Below are positions 32,915-48,022 of a stretch of DNA of 56,613 bases, in pieces. How positions within the stretch are numbered: position 1 is the first letter of the stretch; every line of letters starts with the position of its first letter. The DNA lies in the NCBI GenBank assembly GCA_035703465.1, contig DASSYC010000127.1, forward strand, positions 1-56,613, given 5' to 3'. The notes below the pieces were generated by a model. It had not been told where the DNA came from, searched no databases, and saw only the letters and a list, made by a program, of their open reading frames with translations. The position numbers and the translations under genes are program-made. The stretch is from Microbacterium sp. GTDB taxonomy: Bacteria > Actinomycetota > Actinomycetes > Actinomycetales > Microbacteriaceae.

Positions 32915-33254
32915 CGACGCTCGCTTCGTCGAGGCCGCCGGCGAGCACGTGTGCATGGACGTGGAAGACCGATTGACCGCCCCCGGGCCCGGTGTTGAAG
33001 ACGAGGCGGAAGTCGCCGTCCGAGTGCTCGGCGGCCAGTGTGTTGGCCAGACCCACCATCTCCGCCAGCAGGGCGGGGTCGCCCGCGGCAAGCTCGACGA
33101 CGTTGCGGTATTCGGCGGACTTGGGGATCACCAGGAGGTGCACGGGCGCGCGCGGGGCGATGTCGCGGATCGCGAACGTGTTCTCGGTCTCGGCGATGAT
33201 CTCGGACGGGATCTCGCCCTCGAGGATGCGCGTGAAGATCGACGGTTCGCTCAT
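32907..33254 (-). CDS. HIT-family nucleotide-binding protein
   Basis: IFTRILEGEIP, RDIAPRAPVHLLVIPK, GQSVFHVHAHVL. Confidence 0.94.
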
Positions 33255-33292
33255 GGATGCCAGTCTAGTTACCCTCTTCCCACGGCCGCGGG

Positions 33293-34021
33293 CTACCAGC
33301 GACCGAGTGCCACGCTGACGACGGCGAGGGCGGCGGGCCCGGCGGTGGAAGTGCGCAGCACGGTCTCGCCGAGGCGGACGGGGAGCGCCCCGGCATCCGC
33401 CAGCATGGCGAGCTCGTCCGCCGCGAGACCGCCCTCGGGACCGACGACGAGCAGGATGTCACCCTCATCGCCGAGGTCGATCCCCGACAGCGCGCTCGCC
33501 GCGGTGGGCTCGAGGACGAGGACGAGGGATGCCGCGGCGCGCCGTGCCAGCTGTGCCGTCGTCACCGGTGCGGTGACCTCGGGAACCCAGACGCGGTGCG
33601 CCTGCTTCGCAGCCTCGCGCACGATCGACGCCCAGCGCCGACGGCCCTTGTCCGCCTTGGGGCCGTCCCACCGCGAGATGCTGCGGCTCGCCTGCCACGG
33701 CACGACCTCATCGATGCCGAGCTCGGTGGCCGCCTGCACGGCGAGCTCATCCCGATCGCCCTTGGCCAGTGCCTGCACGAGCACGAGGCGGCGGCTCGGC
33801 GGCGGGATCTCGCGGCGGTCAGCCACGCGGACGATCACCTCGCGCGGCTGTGCGCTCTCGACCGCACCGGTCAGCCACACGCCCCGCCCGTCGCCGACGG
33901 TGACCTGCTCCCCCGGCCGCACCCTGCGCACGGAGGCGGCATGATGGGCCTCGGCACCGGCGATGACGACGGCGTCGCCGGGCCCGGCGTCGGCGGCGTC
34001 GACGAGGAAGTGCAGCGCCAT
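33293..34021 (-). CDS. rsmE: 16S rRNA (uracil1498-N3)-methyltransferase
   Basis: EAHHAASVRR, QALAKGDR, EAAKQ, VGPEGG, VLRTSTAG. Confidence 0.95.
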   Translation of the reverse strand: MALHFLVDAADAGPGDAVVIAGAEAHHAASVRRVRPGEQVTVGDGRGVWLTGAVESAQPREVIVRVADRREIPPPSRRLVLVQALAKGDRDELAVQAATELGIDEVVPWQASRSISRWDGPKADKGRRRWASIVREAAKQAHRVWVPEVTAPVTTAQLARRAAASLVLVLEPTAASALSGIDLGDEGDILLVVGPEGGLAADELAMLADAGALPVRLGETVLRTSTAGPAALAVVSVALGRW

Positions 34022-34024
34022 GCG

Positions 34025-35143
34025 TCAGGCGCTCTGGCGGAACCGGTCGCGCAGCTTCGCGAACAGGCCCTGATGGAATTCGGCCAGCTTCGGCGAGGGC
34101 GCCCTCGTGCGCTTCGCGAAGTCCTCGATGAGGGCGCGCTCCTTCGCGTCCAGGCGGCTCGGGGTCACCACGTGCACGCCCACCCGCAGGTCGCCGCGGG
34201 TCGAGCCGCGCAGGGGTGTGATGCCGCGGCCCTTCACCGTGAGGATGTCGCCGGCCTGGATGCCCGGCCTGATCTCGAGCTCGACCGGGCCATCGAGCGC
34301 TTCGAAGGTTGTCGACGTGCCGAGGATCGCGTCCGACATCGACACCTCGAGCGTGGCCAGCAGGTCGTCGCCGTCTCTGCTGAAGATCTCGTGGGCGGCC
34401 ACTGTGACCTCCAGATACAGGTCTCCGTGCGGTCCACCGGCGGGACCGACCTCGCCCGATCCCGGCAGCTGCAGCCGCAGGCCCGTCTCGACGCCGGCGG
34501 GGATGTCGATCGACACCGTGCGGCGCGAGCGCACCCGGCCCTGCCCCTGGCAGGTCGCGCAGGGGTACGGGATGACGGTCCCGTACCCGTGGCAGGTGCC
34601 GCACGGCTGCGAGGTGACGACGTTTCCGAGCAGGCTGCGCACCGTGCGCTGGATGTGGCCGCTGCCGCCGCAGATGTCACAGGTGACGGGCTGGGTGCCC
34701 GGCTGGCAGCAGGATCCCTGACAGGTCTCGCACAGCACCGCGGTGTCGACCTCGATGTCGCGGTGCGTGCCGAAGATCACGTCTCCCAGCTGCAGCGTCA
34801 CGCGCACGAGCGCGTCCTGTCCGCGCTCGCGGCGCGACCGCGGCCGGCCCTGGCGGGCTCCCGCACCGCCGAAGAACGTCTCGAAGATGTCGCCGAAGCC
34901 GCCGAAGCCCTCACCGGAGAATCCGCCGCCGAACGCGCCCGCGCCGCCCATGTCGTAGCGACGGCGCTGCTCGGGGTCGCTGAGCACGTCGTACGCGTGG
35001 GTCACGTGCTTGAAGCGCTCCGCGGCATCCTCCCCGGAGTTCACATCCGGGTGCAGCTCACGGGCGAGCCGGCGGTACGCCTTCTTGATGTCCTCCGGGC
35101 TCGCGTCGCGCGAGACGCCCAGGACCTCGTAGTGGTCAGCCAT
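34025..35143 (-). CDS. dnaJ: Chaperone DnaJ
   Basis: J-domain with HPD and four CxxCxGxG repeats. Start at ATG 35143. Confidence 0.97.
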   Translation of the reverse strand: MADHYEVLGVSRDASPEDIKKAYRRLARELHPDVNSGEDAAERFKHVTHAYDVLSDPEQRRRYDMGGAGAFGGGFSGEGFGGFGDIFETFFGGAGARQGRPRSRRERGQDALVRVTLQLGDVIFGTHRDIEVDTAVLCETCQGSCCQPGTQPVTCDICGGSGHIQRTVRSLLGNVVTSQPCGTCHGYGTVIPYPCATCQGQGRVRSRRTVSIDIPAGVETGLRLQLPGSGEVGPAGGPHGDLYLEVTVAAHEIFSRDGDDLLATLEVSMSDAILGTSTTFEALDGPVELEIRPGIQAGDILTVKGRGITPLRGSTRGDLRVGVHVVTPSRLDAKERALIEDFAKRTRAPSPKLAEFHQGLFAKLRDRFRQSA

Positions 35144-35195
35144 CCTGCCTTCCTGTGCGCGCCCGCAGCGCGCGATCGTCGTGTCCGTGCTCGCC

Positions 35196-36236
35196 TCAGC
35201 GAGGCTGCTCGTCCTCTTCCAGCAGCCGCGACAGGTACCGTGCCACGGCGCGGGCGGCCGCGAGGTTCGAGGGGTAGTCCATCCGTGTGGGCCCCAGCAC
35301 GCCGACGCGCGCATGACCGCCGGAGCTGTCGTAATCGCTGGTGACCACGGATGCCTCGGCCAGGCCGAACGGCTCGTTCTCACGTCCGATGCTCGCCGCG
35401 AGACCGTGCTCGTCTGCGACCATCTCACCGACGAGCCGCAGCAGCGTCACCTGCTCTTCGATGGCTTCCAGGAGCGGGTAGATGCTGCCGCGGAAGTCCT
35501 GTTCGCGGCGCGCGAGATTCGCCGTGCCGGCCATGACGAGCCGGTTCTGGCGGAAGTCCTCCAGCTCGTCGACCACCGCCTCGGCGACCGCCGTCAGTGC
35601 GGCGGCCATCGGCGACGCCTGGGGGTCGAGTTCGGCACGCAGCGTGACCATGCGCTGAACGCCCTCGGACACCGGGCGACCGGCGACGAGAGTGCCCAAC
35701 CGCGCGCGGATGGTCGCGATGTCGGTCTCGTCCAGCGCCGCGCCCAGCACGGTGATCCGCTGGGACACCCTCCCCGTGTCGGTCACGATGACCACCAGCA
35801 TCCGGCTCGGCGCGAGTGCCACCAGCTCTACGTGCGTGACGGTGGCGCGCTCGAAGGACGGGTACTGCACGAGGGCCACCTGACCGGTGAGCCGGGTCAG
35901 CACGCGCACCGTGCGCGTGAGCAGATCATCGAGGTCCGATGTCTCGGCGAGGAACTCGGTGATGGCCGTGCGCTGAGCCGTGCTCAGCGGTCGCAGCTCC
36001 GCGAGGTGGTCGACGAACACGCGGTAGCCCTTGTCCGTGGGGACGCGTCCCGACGACGTGTGCGGCGCCGTGATGAGCTCTTCGTCCTCGAGCAGCGCCA
36101 TGTCGTTGCGGATGGTGGCGGCGGAGACGCCGAAGTGGTGGCGGTCCACGATCGCCTTGCTGCCCACCGGCTCATGGGTGTCGACGTAGTCCTGCACGAT
36201 GGCGCGGAGCACCTGCAGGCCGCGTTCGGTGACCAT
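35196..36236 (-). CDS. hrcA: Heat-inducible transcription repressor
   Basis: [37 protein letters not shown]. Confidence 0.97.
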   Translation of the reverse strand: MVTERGLQVLRAIVQDYVDTHEPVGSKAIVDRHHFGVSAATIRNDMALLEDEELITAPHTSSGRVPTDKGYRVFVDHLAELRPLSTAQRTAITEFLAETSDLDDLLTRTVRVLTRLTGQVALVQYPSFERATVTHVELVALAPSRMLVVIVTDTGRVSQRITVLGAALDETDIATIRARLGTLVAGRPVSEGVQRMVTLRAELDPQASPMAAALTAVAEAVVDELEDFRQNRLVMAGTANLARREQDFRGSIYPLLEAIEEQVTLLRLVGEMVADEHGLAASIGRENEPFGLAEASVVTSDYDSSGGHARVGVLGPTRMDYPSNLAAARAVARYLSRLLEEDEQPR

Positions 36237-36248
36237 GACACTCCTCTC

Positions 36249-36275
36249 CTGGCACTCGTCGTCTCAGAGTGCCAA
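36249..36275 (-). promoter_or_regulatory. CIRCE element (HrcA operator)
   Basis: Minus strand reads TTGGCACTC-N9-GAGTGCCAG, directly after a TAGAAT -10 (36275-36280) upstream of hrcA. Confidence 0.93.
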
Positions 36276-36295
36276 TTCTACCCGGCGGCGGCCGA

Positions 36296-37528
36296 TCACG
36301 GGGTGAGGGCGCGCACGACCGCGTCCGCCAGGAGTCTTCCCCGCAGCGTCAGGACGATCGTTCCGCGGACGGCCTCCGCGCCGTCGATGAGGCCGTCGGC
36401 GATGAGGGACGGCACGGCACTGGGTCGGCCTCCGTCCGGATTCGCGTCCGGCAGCTCCGCGATCGGAAGGCCTTCACGGATGCGCGAGCGCAGCAGCACC
36501 CGCTCCAGGGCGCGGCCCCTGGCATCCGGCGTCTCTCGAGCGGCCGATGGGCTCTGACCAGCCGCCAGCCGCTGCGCGTAGGCCGCCGGATGCTTCACAT
36601 TCCACCACCGCGTGCCGGCGACGTGGCTGTGCGCGCCGGGGCCGAATCCCCACCAGTCGGCACCGCGCCAGTACGCGAGGTTGTGGCGAGAGCGATGCGC
36701 CTCGTCGCGTGCCCAGTTCGACACCTCGTACCACCGGAGTCCGGCCGCGCCCAGGACGGAGTCGGCGAACTCGTACATGTCGGCCTCGAGATCCTCGTCC
36801 GGCTCCGGCACCTCGCCCCGCCGGATCTGCCGAGCCAGCTTGGTGCCGTCCTCGACGATCAGCGCGTAGGCGGAGACGTGGTCCGGCTCCAGCGCCAGGG
36901 CCGTCTCCAGCGAAGCGGACCAATCAGCCAGAGACTCCCCCGGCGTGCCGTAGATGAGGTCCACGCTGACGTCGAGACCTGCCCGTCGCGCGGCGTGCAC
37001 GGCGGTCGCGACGTTCGCCGGGCGGTGCGTGCGATCGAGTACGCGCAGCACGTGGGGCACGGCGGACTGCATGCCGATCGACAGGCGCGTGACCCCGGAC
37101 GCCGCCAGCTCGTCGGCCACGGCATCGGTCACGGTGTCGGGGTTGGCCTCCACGGTGACCTCCGCACCGGGGGCGAGGCCGAATGCCTCGCGGACGCCGG
37201 AGAGCATCCGCGCCAGGTCACCCGGGGGAAGAAGCGTCGGCGTGCCGCCTCCGAAGAACACGGTCTGCGCCGAACGCAGCGGCCCAAGATCGCCGAGCAC
37301 GCGCGTCGCGAGGGCGACCTCGCGCAGCAGGATCCCGGCGTACTCGTCCTGGCGGGTGCCACGCAATTCGCTCGACGTGTACGTGTTGAAGTCGCAGTAG
37401 CCGCAGCGCACCCGGCAGAAGGGCACATGCACGTAGACGCCGAAGTCGGTGGCGGCATCGACCGAAGTGCCGTCGGGCAGGGCGCCGTCCGCGGGCACCG
37501 GATCGCCGACCGGGAGCGGACTCCCCAT
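36296..37528 (-). CDS. hemW: Radical SAM heme chaperone HemW
   Basis: YVHVPFCRVRCGYCDFN, FFGGGTP, EANP, YEVSNW, HNLAYW; lepA-hemW-hrcA context. Confidence 0.93.
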   Translation of the reverse strand: MGSPLPVGDPVPADGALPDGTSVDAATDFGVYVHVPFCRVRCGYCDFNTYTSSELRGTRQDEYAGILLREVALATRVLGDLGPLRSAQTVFFGGGTPTLLPPGDLARMLSGVREAFGLAPGAEVTVEANPDTVTDAVADELAASGVTRLSIGMQSAVPHVLRVLDRTHRPANVATAVHAARRAGLDVSVDLIYGTPGESLADWSASLETALALEPDHVSAYALIVEDGTKLARQIRRGEVPEPDEDLEADMYEFADSVLGAAGLRWYEVSNWARDEAHRSRHNLAYWRGADWWGFGPGAHSHVAGTRWWNVKHPAAYAQRLAAGQSPSAARETPDARGRALERVLLRSRIREGLPIAELPDANPDGGRPSAVPSLIADGLIDGAEAVRGTIVLTLRGRLLADAVVRALTP

Positions 37529-37529
37529 A

Positions 37530-38180
37530 TCAGGCCGGGGTCGCGTACAGCGGGGAGATCGCCCGCAGGTAGCGCGTGAACAGCTCGCGCCGGCGACGCC
37601 GCACCAGGCCGCGGAACACCCGGTAGGCGACCGCCTTCGGCGCGTCGAACGCCCGCACCGTGAACCAGACCTCGTCGTTGTCGAGCCAGTCGAGCATGAA
37701 CGACTCCTCGCCGCTGACGACCGAGTCGCCGACGGTGCCCAGGGCGAATCCGACGCGTCGGGGCTCCTCCACGGCGAGGATGACGCGCAGCTCGCCGTCG
37801 GCGCGCAGCCCCCCGACCCTGCCGCGCACGCGCACCGTGGTCCCGGGGCTCACGAACGGCGTGCCGTTCTCGTCGAAGCGCTGGTCTGCCTCGAGCCGGG
37901 TCGGCGCGACCGGGTGCCCCTCGCCGTCGAAGCTCACCCCCGAGTACATGGGCCCGGAGGCCGGCCGCACATCGCTGAGCTGGAGCCCGGCGCCCCGCTG
38001 CGCCGTCCACGACAGCAGCGCCTCGCCGGCCGTCTGGAACCGCGCCTCGCCGCTGCCGATGCGCCACGCATCCGCGGCAGGGATGCTGCGCTCCGGCGGA
38101 TACTGCAGCAGATCGGCCGCCTGCGTCGCCCCGACGGCGGCGTAGTCGACCGTGTCGTCTGTGAAGCTCCCGCGGCGCAT
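37530..38180 (-). CDS. DUF1990 family protein
   Basis: YAAVGAT, RIGSGEARF, GFALGT...SGEESF. TAGTCT -10 seven nt upstream of ATG 38180. Confidence 0.8.
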   Translation of the reverse strand: MRRGSFTDDTVDYAAVGATQAADLLQYPPERSIPAADAWRIGSGEARFQTAGEALLSWTAQRGAGLQLSDVRPASGPMYSGVSFDGEGHPVAPTRLEADQRFDENGTPFVSPGTTVRVRGRVGGLRADGELRVILAVEEPRRVGFALGTVGDSVVSGEESFMLDWLDNDEVWFTVRAFDAPKAVAYRVFRGLVRRRRRELFTRYLRAISPLYATPA

Positions 38181-38235
38181 GCGTTTCAGACTACCCAGGC
38201 GATGCTGTGCGCGGCATGCATACACCCCGCCACGG

Positions 38236-40086
<1,851 letters not shown>

Positions 40087-40120
40087 GTCCTGTCGATTCT
40101 AGGCGTCATACCCTGTGAGC

Positions 40121-40855
40121 ATGGTCGTCCACGTCGTCCTCGTGCACGGCATCCGCACATCCGGGAGCATGTGGCGCGCGCAGCTCGAGCACCTGGCAGA
40201 GCGCGGCGTGCGCGCGGTCGCGGTGGATCTGCCCGCGCACGGCAGTCGGCGGGGCGAGACATTCACCCTCGACGAGGCTTTCGGCACGATCGACCGCGCC
40301 GTCTCCGAGGCCGCCGAGCACGGCCCGGTGCTGCTGGTCGGCCATTCGATGGGTGGCCTGCTCTCGATCGAGTACGCCGGGCGGGAGGATCCGCCGCCGA
40401 TCGCCGGCTTCGTCGCCGCGTCCTGCACGGCCATCCCGCGTCGCATGAGCCTCGGCACCTACCGGCTGCTGGCGCGCGGCTTCGACGCGCTGCCCGACCG
40501 TGGGCAGCGGATCACCGATCTGGTGCTGGATCGCACCCTGCCGGATGAGACGCGCCTGGATTTCGGCGCCGGCGGCTACGCGTACGACGCGCAGGACGCG
40601 GCCCTGCGCAGCCTCTCGGTGCTCGACCTGCTCGGCGCATTGCACCGCATCCGGGTGCCCCTGTGGTTCATCAACGGCCAGTACGACCAGCTGCGGGTGA
40701 ACGAGCGCCTGTTCCGGAAGGTCGCCCCAGGAGCCGAGCTCATCGTCGTGCCGCGCACCTCGCACCTGGTCTCGGCGATGCGGCCGGGCGTGTTCAACGC
40801 ACTGCTGGATCTCGCAGTGGCGACGATCGAGCGGAACGGATCGCCAGGGTCATGA
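40121..40855 (+). CDS. Alpha/beta fold hydrolase
   Basis: VLVHG, DLPAHG, GHSMGG, GQYD, SH. TACCCT -10 six nt upstream. Confidence 0.9.
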   Translation: MVVHVVLVHGIRTSGSMWRAQLEHLAERGVRAVAVDLPAHGSRRGETFTLDEAFGTIDRAVSEAAEHGPVLLVGHSMGGLLSIEYAGREDPPPIAGFVAASCTAIPRRMSLGTYRLLARGFDALPDRGQRITDLVLDRTLPDETRLDFGAGGYAYDAQDAALRSLSVLDLLGALHRIRVPLWFINGQYDQLRVNERLFRKVAPGAELIVVPRTSHLVSAMRPGVFNALLDLAVATIERNGSPGS

Positions 40856-42053
40856 CTCCGCCGGCGACCGACGCGATCGCCCCGATGAGGAACAGCAGCC
40901 AGAACCCGCCGACGGCGGCAACGAGCCCGGCGCCGATGAGCGGCCCGAGCAGCTGGCCGAGGCTCGCCGAGACGTTCACGAAGCCGAGATCTCGGGCATG
41001 GTCCGCTTCGTTCGGGAGCAGGTCGGTGCCCAGGGCGAGGCCGACGGACATGAATGCGCCGTAGCCGATTCCCAGCAGCGCAGCTGCGACGAAGGTGGTC
41101 TCGAAAGACGGCGCCAGCACCAGCAGGAGCGAGGCCGCACCCTGCACCATCGCCGAGACCACGACATAGCCGATGCGGCGACCCGAGCGATCCGACAGCG
41201 TTCCGGCCACAACCGAGGCCGCGACGACGAAGACCGTGTAGACGACGATCAGCAGCAGCAGCTCGTCCTCTGCGGTGTCGGGTGCGCGCTCCAGCCCGTA
41301 GAGCAGGAAGAACAGCAGCAGACCGGTGCCGAGGGCATTGCCGAGGTTCACGACGAAACGGCCCGCGAGCATCCATGCGAAATCACGGTCCCGCAGCGCG
41401 GCGAACCTCTCGCGCAGCGGGCGACGCGTGGCCGGCAGGTGAATCGCGGGGGCCGGCGGATCGGGAAGCATCAGCGCCGCGATCACGCCGATGACTGCCA
41501 GAAATCCCGCCAGCAGCAGGTAGCCGGCCACGACCCCGAGCCCGAGCAGAACGATCACGCCGACTCCCGCGACGATCCCGAGCGCCTGCGAGGAGGAGAC
41601 GGCAGCCGATGCCGTGCCACGCTGCGTCGTGAGCTGATCGGCGATGAGTGCGGTGAATGCGGCAGAGGCGGCCGCGACACCCACCGAGACGCCGATCCAG
41701 GCGATGCCCACCGCCCACGGCCCCTCGGCGAAGGCGATGGCGACGAGCGAGAGCGCTCCGAGCGCCACTCCGCCCAGCGCCCACGGCCGGCGCCGGCCGA
41801 ACGCTCCGCGCGTGCGGTCGGACAGGGCACCGGCGAGGGGTCCGGCGACCACCGCGGCAAGCCCGCCGACCCCCAGCACCAGGCCGGAGGAGACCACGCC
41901 GCCGATCCAGCGGTCCGCCGTGCCCGGGGTGTTCAGCTGCAGTGGGATCAGCAGCTGCAGCGGTGTGAGCTGCACCGTCCACAGTGCGATCCAGGCCAGC
42001 GTGAAGAGCGTGAACCATCGGGCCCCCACCGTGCCCGGCGCGCGGCGCTTCAT
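40794..42053 (-). CDS. MFS transporter (sugar/glycoside-like)
   Basis: About 12 TM segments; GALSDRTR..FGRRRPW and GTLSDRSGRR motif A. Start overlaps the GH1 stop. Confidence 0.9.
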   Translation of the reverse strand: MKRRAPGTVGARWFTLFTLAWIALWTVQLTPLQLLIPLQLNTPGTADRWIGGVVSSGLVLGVGGLAAVVAGPLAGALSDRTRGAFGRRRPWALGGVALGALSLVAIAFAEGPWAVGIAWIGVSVGVAAASAAFTALIADQLTTQRGTASAAVSSSQALGIVAGVGVIVLLGLGVVAGYLLLAGFLAVIGVIAALMLPDPPAPAIHLPATRRPLRERFAALRDRDFAWMLAGRFVVNLGNALGTGLLLFFLLYGLERAPDTAEDELLLLIVVYTVFVVAASVVAGTLSDRSGRRIGYVVVSAMVQGAASLLLVLAPSFETTFVAAALLGIGYGAFMSVGLALGTDLLPNEADHARDLGFVNVSASLGQLLGPLIGAGLVAAVGGFWLLFLIGAIASVAGGVMTLAIRSARSSPLRDPAVR

Positions 42054-43410
42054 GCGCGCACGCCCGCGATGAGTGCGCGGTACCAGTCGAACGATGCCTT
42101 CGGAGTGCGCTGCGACGTGCGCTGATCGACGTGTACGAGCCCGAAGCGCTGAGTGAAACCGTGCGCCCATTCGAAGTTGTCGAGGAGGCTCCAGACCGTG
42201 TACTCCTCGACATCGACGCCGGCATCGAGCACGTCTGCAACCGCGGCCAGGTGGCCGGCGAGGTAGGCGATGCGCTCGTCGTCCTGGACTCGTGCGGCGC
42301 TCTCGGGTTCGGGGAAGGAGGCGCCGTTCTCCCCGATGACGACAGGCGGCAGGCGATCGCCGTAGCTGTCGCGGAAGCCGATCAGCAGATCGCGCAGCGC
42401 GGGCGGGTCGATCGGCCACTCGGGTCCGAAGCCGGTGACGGGGACACCGGGAGTCGGCACGATCTCGAAAGGGACCGGCCCCTGTGCGGCGGTCACGGTC
42501 GTCGGGTTGTAGAAGTTGACGCCGTAGAAGTCCTGGGCCGCGCCGATGATCTCGAGGTCGCCCGGTTCGACCGGAAGCGGATCGAGGCCGAATGCCGTGA
42601 GGTCGGGATAGGCGCCGGTGAGGATCGGATCCGCGAACAGCCGGTTGTGGATCAGGTCGTAGACCGCCGCCGCGGCGCGGTCTTCCGCAGTGTCGTGCAG
42701 TGGTCGCACGAGCGTGTGGTTGTTGGTGATGCCGACACGGGCGGCACCGCGCTCTCGCAGCACCTGCACGGCACGGCCGTGCGCCAGCAGCTGGTGGTGC
42801 ACGGTCGGCAGCGCACTGAAGAGGAGCTGCTTGGCGGGAGCCAGCGCCCCGATGCCGTACCCCTGCGGGTCATCGACACCGGTTCGTTGAGCGTGTACCA
42901 CTCGGTGACCCGGTCGCCCAGCCGGTCGGCGGCGAGGGCTGCGTAGTCAGCGAACCGGTCGGCCATCTCACGCGCGAGCCATCCGCCCTGCTCTTCGAGC
43001 GCCAGCGGGTGATCCCAGTGATAGAGGGTCGGGAACGGCGTCACGCCGGCTGCCAGCAGAGCGTCCACGACCCGGTCGTAGTAGTCGAGCCCCGCCGGGT
43101 TCGCTCTTCCGGTTCCGTCGGGATCGATCCGCACCCAGGACAGTGAGAAGCGATAGCGATCCACCCCCAGTGCGCGCAGCAGCTCGACGTCCTCCGGATA
43201 GCGGTGGTAACTGTCCGGACCCGGCTCGGCGGTGGATCCGTCCAGCACCCAGTCCGGCACGGCCACCTGCGCGTCCCAGATGCTCACGCCCCGGCCGTCC
43301 GCGGTGCGGGCGCCCTCGACCTGGAAGGCAGCGGTCGCGGTCGACCAGCGGAAGCCGCGCGGGAAGCGCGCGGAAAGGGGATGGCCCAGGTGGGCCGGGG
43401 GCTGCGTCAT
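42050..43410 (-). pseudogene. GH1 beta-glucosidase interrupted by a 1-nt frameshift
   Basis: The 5' frame has [25 protein letters not shown]. The 3' frame has GYGIG..AP, GVNFY, GENG, WSLLDNFEWA.G...RFG. Total length is 1361 nt (3n-1). ACC C-G CAG lacks one base between 42867 and 42866. Confidence 0.88.
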
Positions 43411-43622
43411 CGGACTCCTCGGACGTCGCCGTGCGGGATGCGTCCTACGATCTTCGCGTACCGGCGCCCGGTGTGCCGACAGCGCCGCGTCGATCGGCGC
43501 CGGCCGTTGCTGGTAGACTCGTCCCTTGGCTTGCGTGTGGGTTCTTTCCCGCACACCGCCGCGCGGCATCCCTCTCCTGTCCCCGGCATTCCACCCATCC
43601 CCGAACGAAAGATACGTCGAAC

Positions 43623-43883
43623 GTGGCGAACATCAAGTCGCAGATCAAGCGCAACAAGACCAACGAGAAGGCGCACGAGCGCAACAAGGCCGTCAAGACC
43701 GAGCTGAAGACCGCCGTCCGCCGCACGCGGGAGGCCGTCGCCGCAGGTGACAAGGCCGCCGCGCAGAAGGCCCTGGGCACCGCGAACCGCAAGCTGGACA
43801 AGGCAGTGAGCAAGGGCGTGATCCACGAGAACCAGGCCGCGAATCGCAAGTCGTCGATCGCGAAGCAGGTCGCAGCTCTCTGA
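43623..43883 (+). CDS. rpsT: 30S ribosomal protein S20
   Basis: (M)[24 protein letters not shown]...[20 protein letters not shown]. Confidence 0.98.
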   Translation: MANIKSQIKRNKTNEKAHERNKAVKTELKTAVRRTREAVAAGDKAAAQKALGTANRKLDKAVSKGVIHENQAANRKSSIAKQVAAL

Positions 43884-43894
43884 GTCGTCAGCGC

Positions 43895-43922
43895 AGGCCC
43901 GTCCCGTGCAGGGGCGGGCCTT
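43895..43922 (+). terminator. Intrinsic terminator hairpin after rpsT
   Basis: AGGCCCGTCCC pairs with GGGGCGGGCCT, followed by TTCGTCGT; lies between convergent rpsT and holA. Confidence 0.75.
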
Positions 43923-43952
43923 CGTCGTCCCTCGACCAGCTCGGAAATCGCC

Positions 43953-44990
43953 TCAGGCGCCGTACGGGGCGCGGGTCGCGATGACCGTGATCATCCGCTC
44001 CAGCGCGAACACCGGATCGCGCGACGCGCCCTTGACCTCGACGTCCGCGCGCGCGGTCGCCTGGATCGCCATCGCGAGCGTGTCCTCGCTCCATCCGCTC
44101 AGGTCGCGGCGCGCACGGTCGATCTGCCAGTCCTTCATGCCCAGGCGCGCCGCCAGCGCCCCAGACGGCTCGCGGGTGCCCGCGACTCGGGCCATGGTCC
44201 GCAGCTTGGATGCCACGGCCGCCACCAGCGGCACGGGGTCCGCCCCAGATGCCAGCGCGTGCCGCAGCGCGATGAGCGCATCGCCGTAGCGGCCGGCGAT
44301 GGCGGTGTCCGCGACGGTGAATGCGGACGCCTCGACGCGGCCGCCGTAGTACCGTCTCACCATGTCCTCGGTGATGTCGCCCGTCGCATCTGCGATCAGC
44401 TGCTGACAGGCGGCGGCGAGCTCGGTGAGATCGTCCGTGAAGGCCGACACGAGCGCGCGCAGTGCAGCCGGTGCGATGCGCCGTCCGGCCGCCCGGAACT
44501 CCCCCGCGGCGAAGTCCACGCGATCCGAGTCGCGCTTGATCGCCGTGCAGGAAACCTCGACGCCGGCGCCGGCGCCGGCGCGGATCGCGTCGAGCAGCTT
44601 CTTCCCCCGCACCGTCGCCCCGGTGTGGCGCAGCACGACGGTGGCCCCCTCCTGCGGGTGCTCGAGATAGGCGAGCGCCTCAGCCAGGAACGCGTCAGAG
44701 CACTTCTCGACACCCTGGACGCGCACCAGACGAGGTTCGCCGAACAGCGACGGCGAGGTGAGGCCGAGAAGGGTTCCCGCCTCATAGTCGTCGGCCCGCA
44801 GGTCCGAGATCTCCACTGCGGGATCCTCGGCGCGCAGGTAGTCGCGGACGGCGGCGATGGCACGTTCGGCGCAGACCTCTTCAGGCCCGGACACCAGCAC
44901 GATCGGCGCCGGATGCGGCTCACGCCAGGACAGCTGGGGAATGGCGCTCCTGCCCGAACCGCGAGCGGGACGACGAGGGGAGACGGCCAT
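43953..44990 (-). CDS. holA: DNA polymerase III subunit delta
   Basis: LVSGPEE, SPSLFGE, ADVEVKG...ALER; comEC-holA-rpsT synteny. Confidence 0.93.
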   Translation of the reverse strand: MAVSPRRPARGSGRSAIPQLSWREPHPAPIVLVSGPEEVCAERAIAAVRDYLRAEDPAVEISDLRADDYEAGTLLGLTSPSLFGEPRLVRVQGVEKCSDAFLAEALAYLEHPQEGATVVLRHTGATVRGKKLLDAIRAGAGAGVEVSCTAIKRDSDRVDFAAGEFRAAGRRIAPAALRALVSAFTDDLTELAAACQQLIADATGDITEDMVRRYYGGRVEASAFTVADTAIAGRYGDALIALRHALASGADPVPLVAAVASKLRTMARVAGTREPSGALAARLGMKDWQIDRARRDLSGWSEDTLAMAIQATARADVEVKGASRDPVFALERMITVIATRAPYGA

Positions 44991-44999
44991 GCTCCGAGC

Positions 45000-47344
<2,345 letters not shown>

Positions 47345-47348
<4 letters not shown>

Positions 47349-47926
47349 ACGGTCACCAGCGGACGCAGAGCCTCGAGCATCTTGTCCCCGATCCCCGATA
47401 CCGCGAGGAGGTCCTCGACGCTGGTGAACCGTCCGTTCGCCTCGCGCCAGTCGATGATCCGCTGCGCCATGGCCGGGCCGATGCGCGGCAGCGCCTCCAG
47501 CTCGGCGCCGGTCGCCGTGTTCAGATTGATCCGCCCGTCACCGGGCGCCGAGGCATCCACCTGCTCGCCCTGCCTCGGCACGATCAGCTGCTCGCCGTCG
47601 CTGACCGGCCGCGCGAGGTTGATGCCCGCCTCCTCAGCGCCCTCGGCGAGCCCTCCCGCGGCGGCCACCGCGTCCACGACACGTGCGCCATCGCGCAGCC
47701 GGTAGAGGCCCGGATGCCGGACCGCCCCCGAAACGTGCACATACAGCTCTGCCTCGTCCACCGTGGCGACCGCGTCGGCATCGACCGGGATCGTCTCGGC
47801 AGGCGTGGCGGCGCCTCGCACGATCCCGATCCCGACTGTGACCGCCGCTGCGAGGAGCACCGCCACGACCGCGGCCCCCACGCCCAGCCTCCGCTTGGGC
47901 GGTGCGAAGCCCTCGGGTGTGGTCAC
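47345..47926 (-). CDS. comEA: ComEA DNA-binding protein
   Basis: N-terminal TM, SLBB domain VHVSGAVRHPGLY, HhH INLNTAT...LPRIGP...GIG. Confidence 0.95.
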
Positions 47927-48022
47927 CGCGCCACGTTAGGCCTCCGGGGACGCATCGCTCCGCGCGAAGGGGTCGGACGGTGGATCGGCACCGCCGATCA
48001 CGCGCCTGGGGAGGAGCAGACC

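Noticed and set aside
42855-42875. Programmed ribosomal frameshift or phase variation in the GH1 gene
   Set aside because: No X XXY YYZ slippery site or long simple-sequence tract, and GH1 genes are not known recoding targets.
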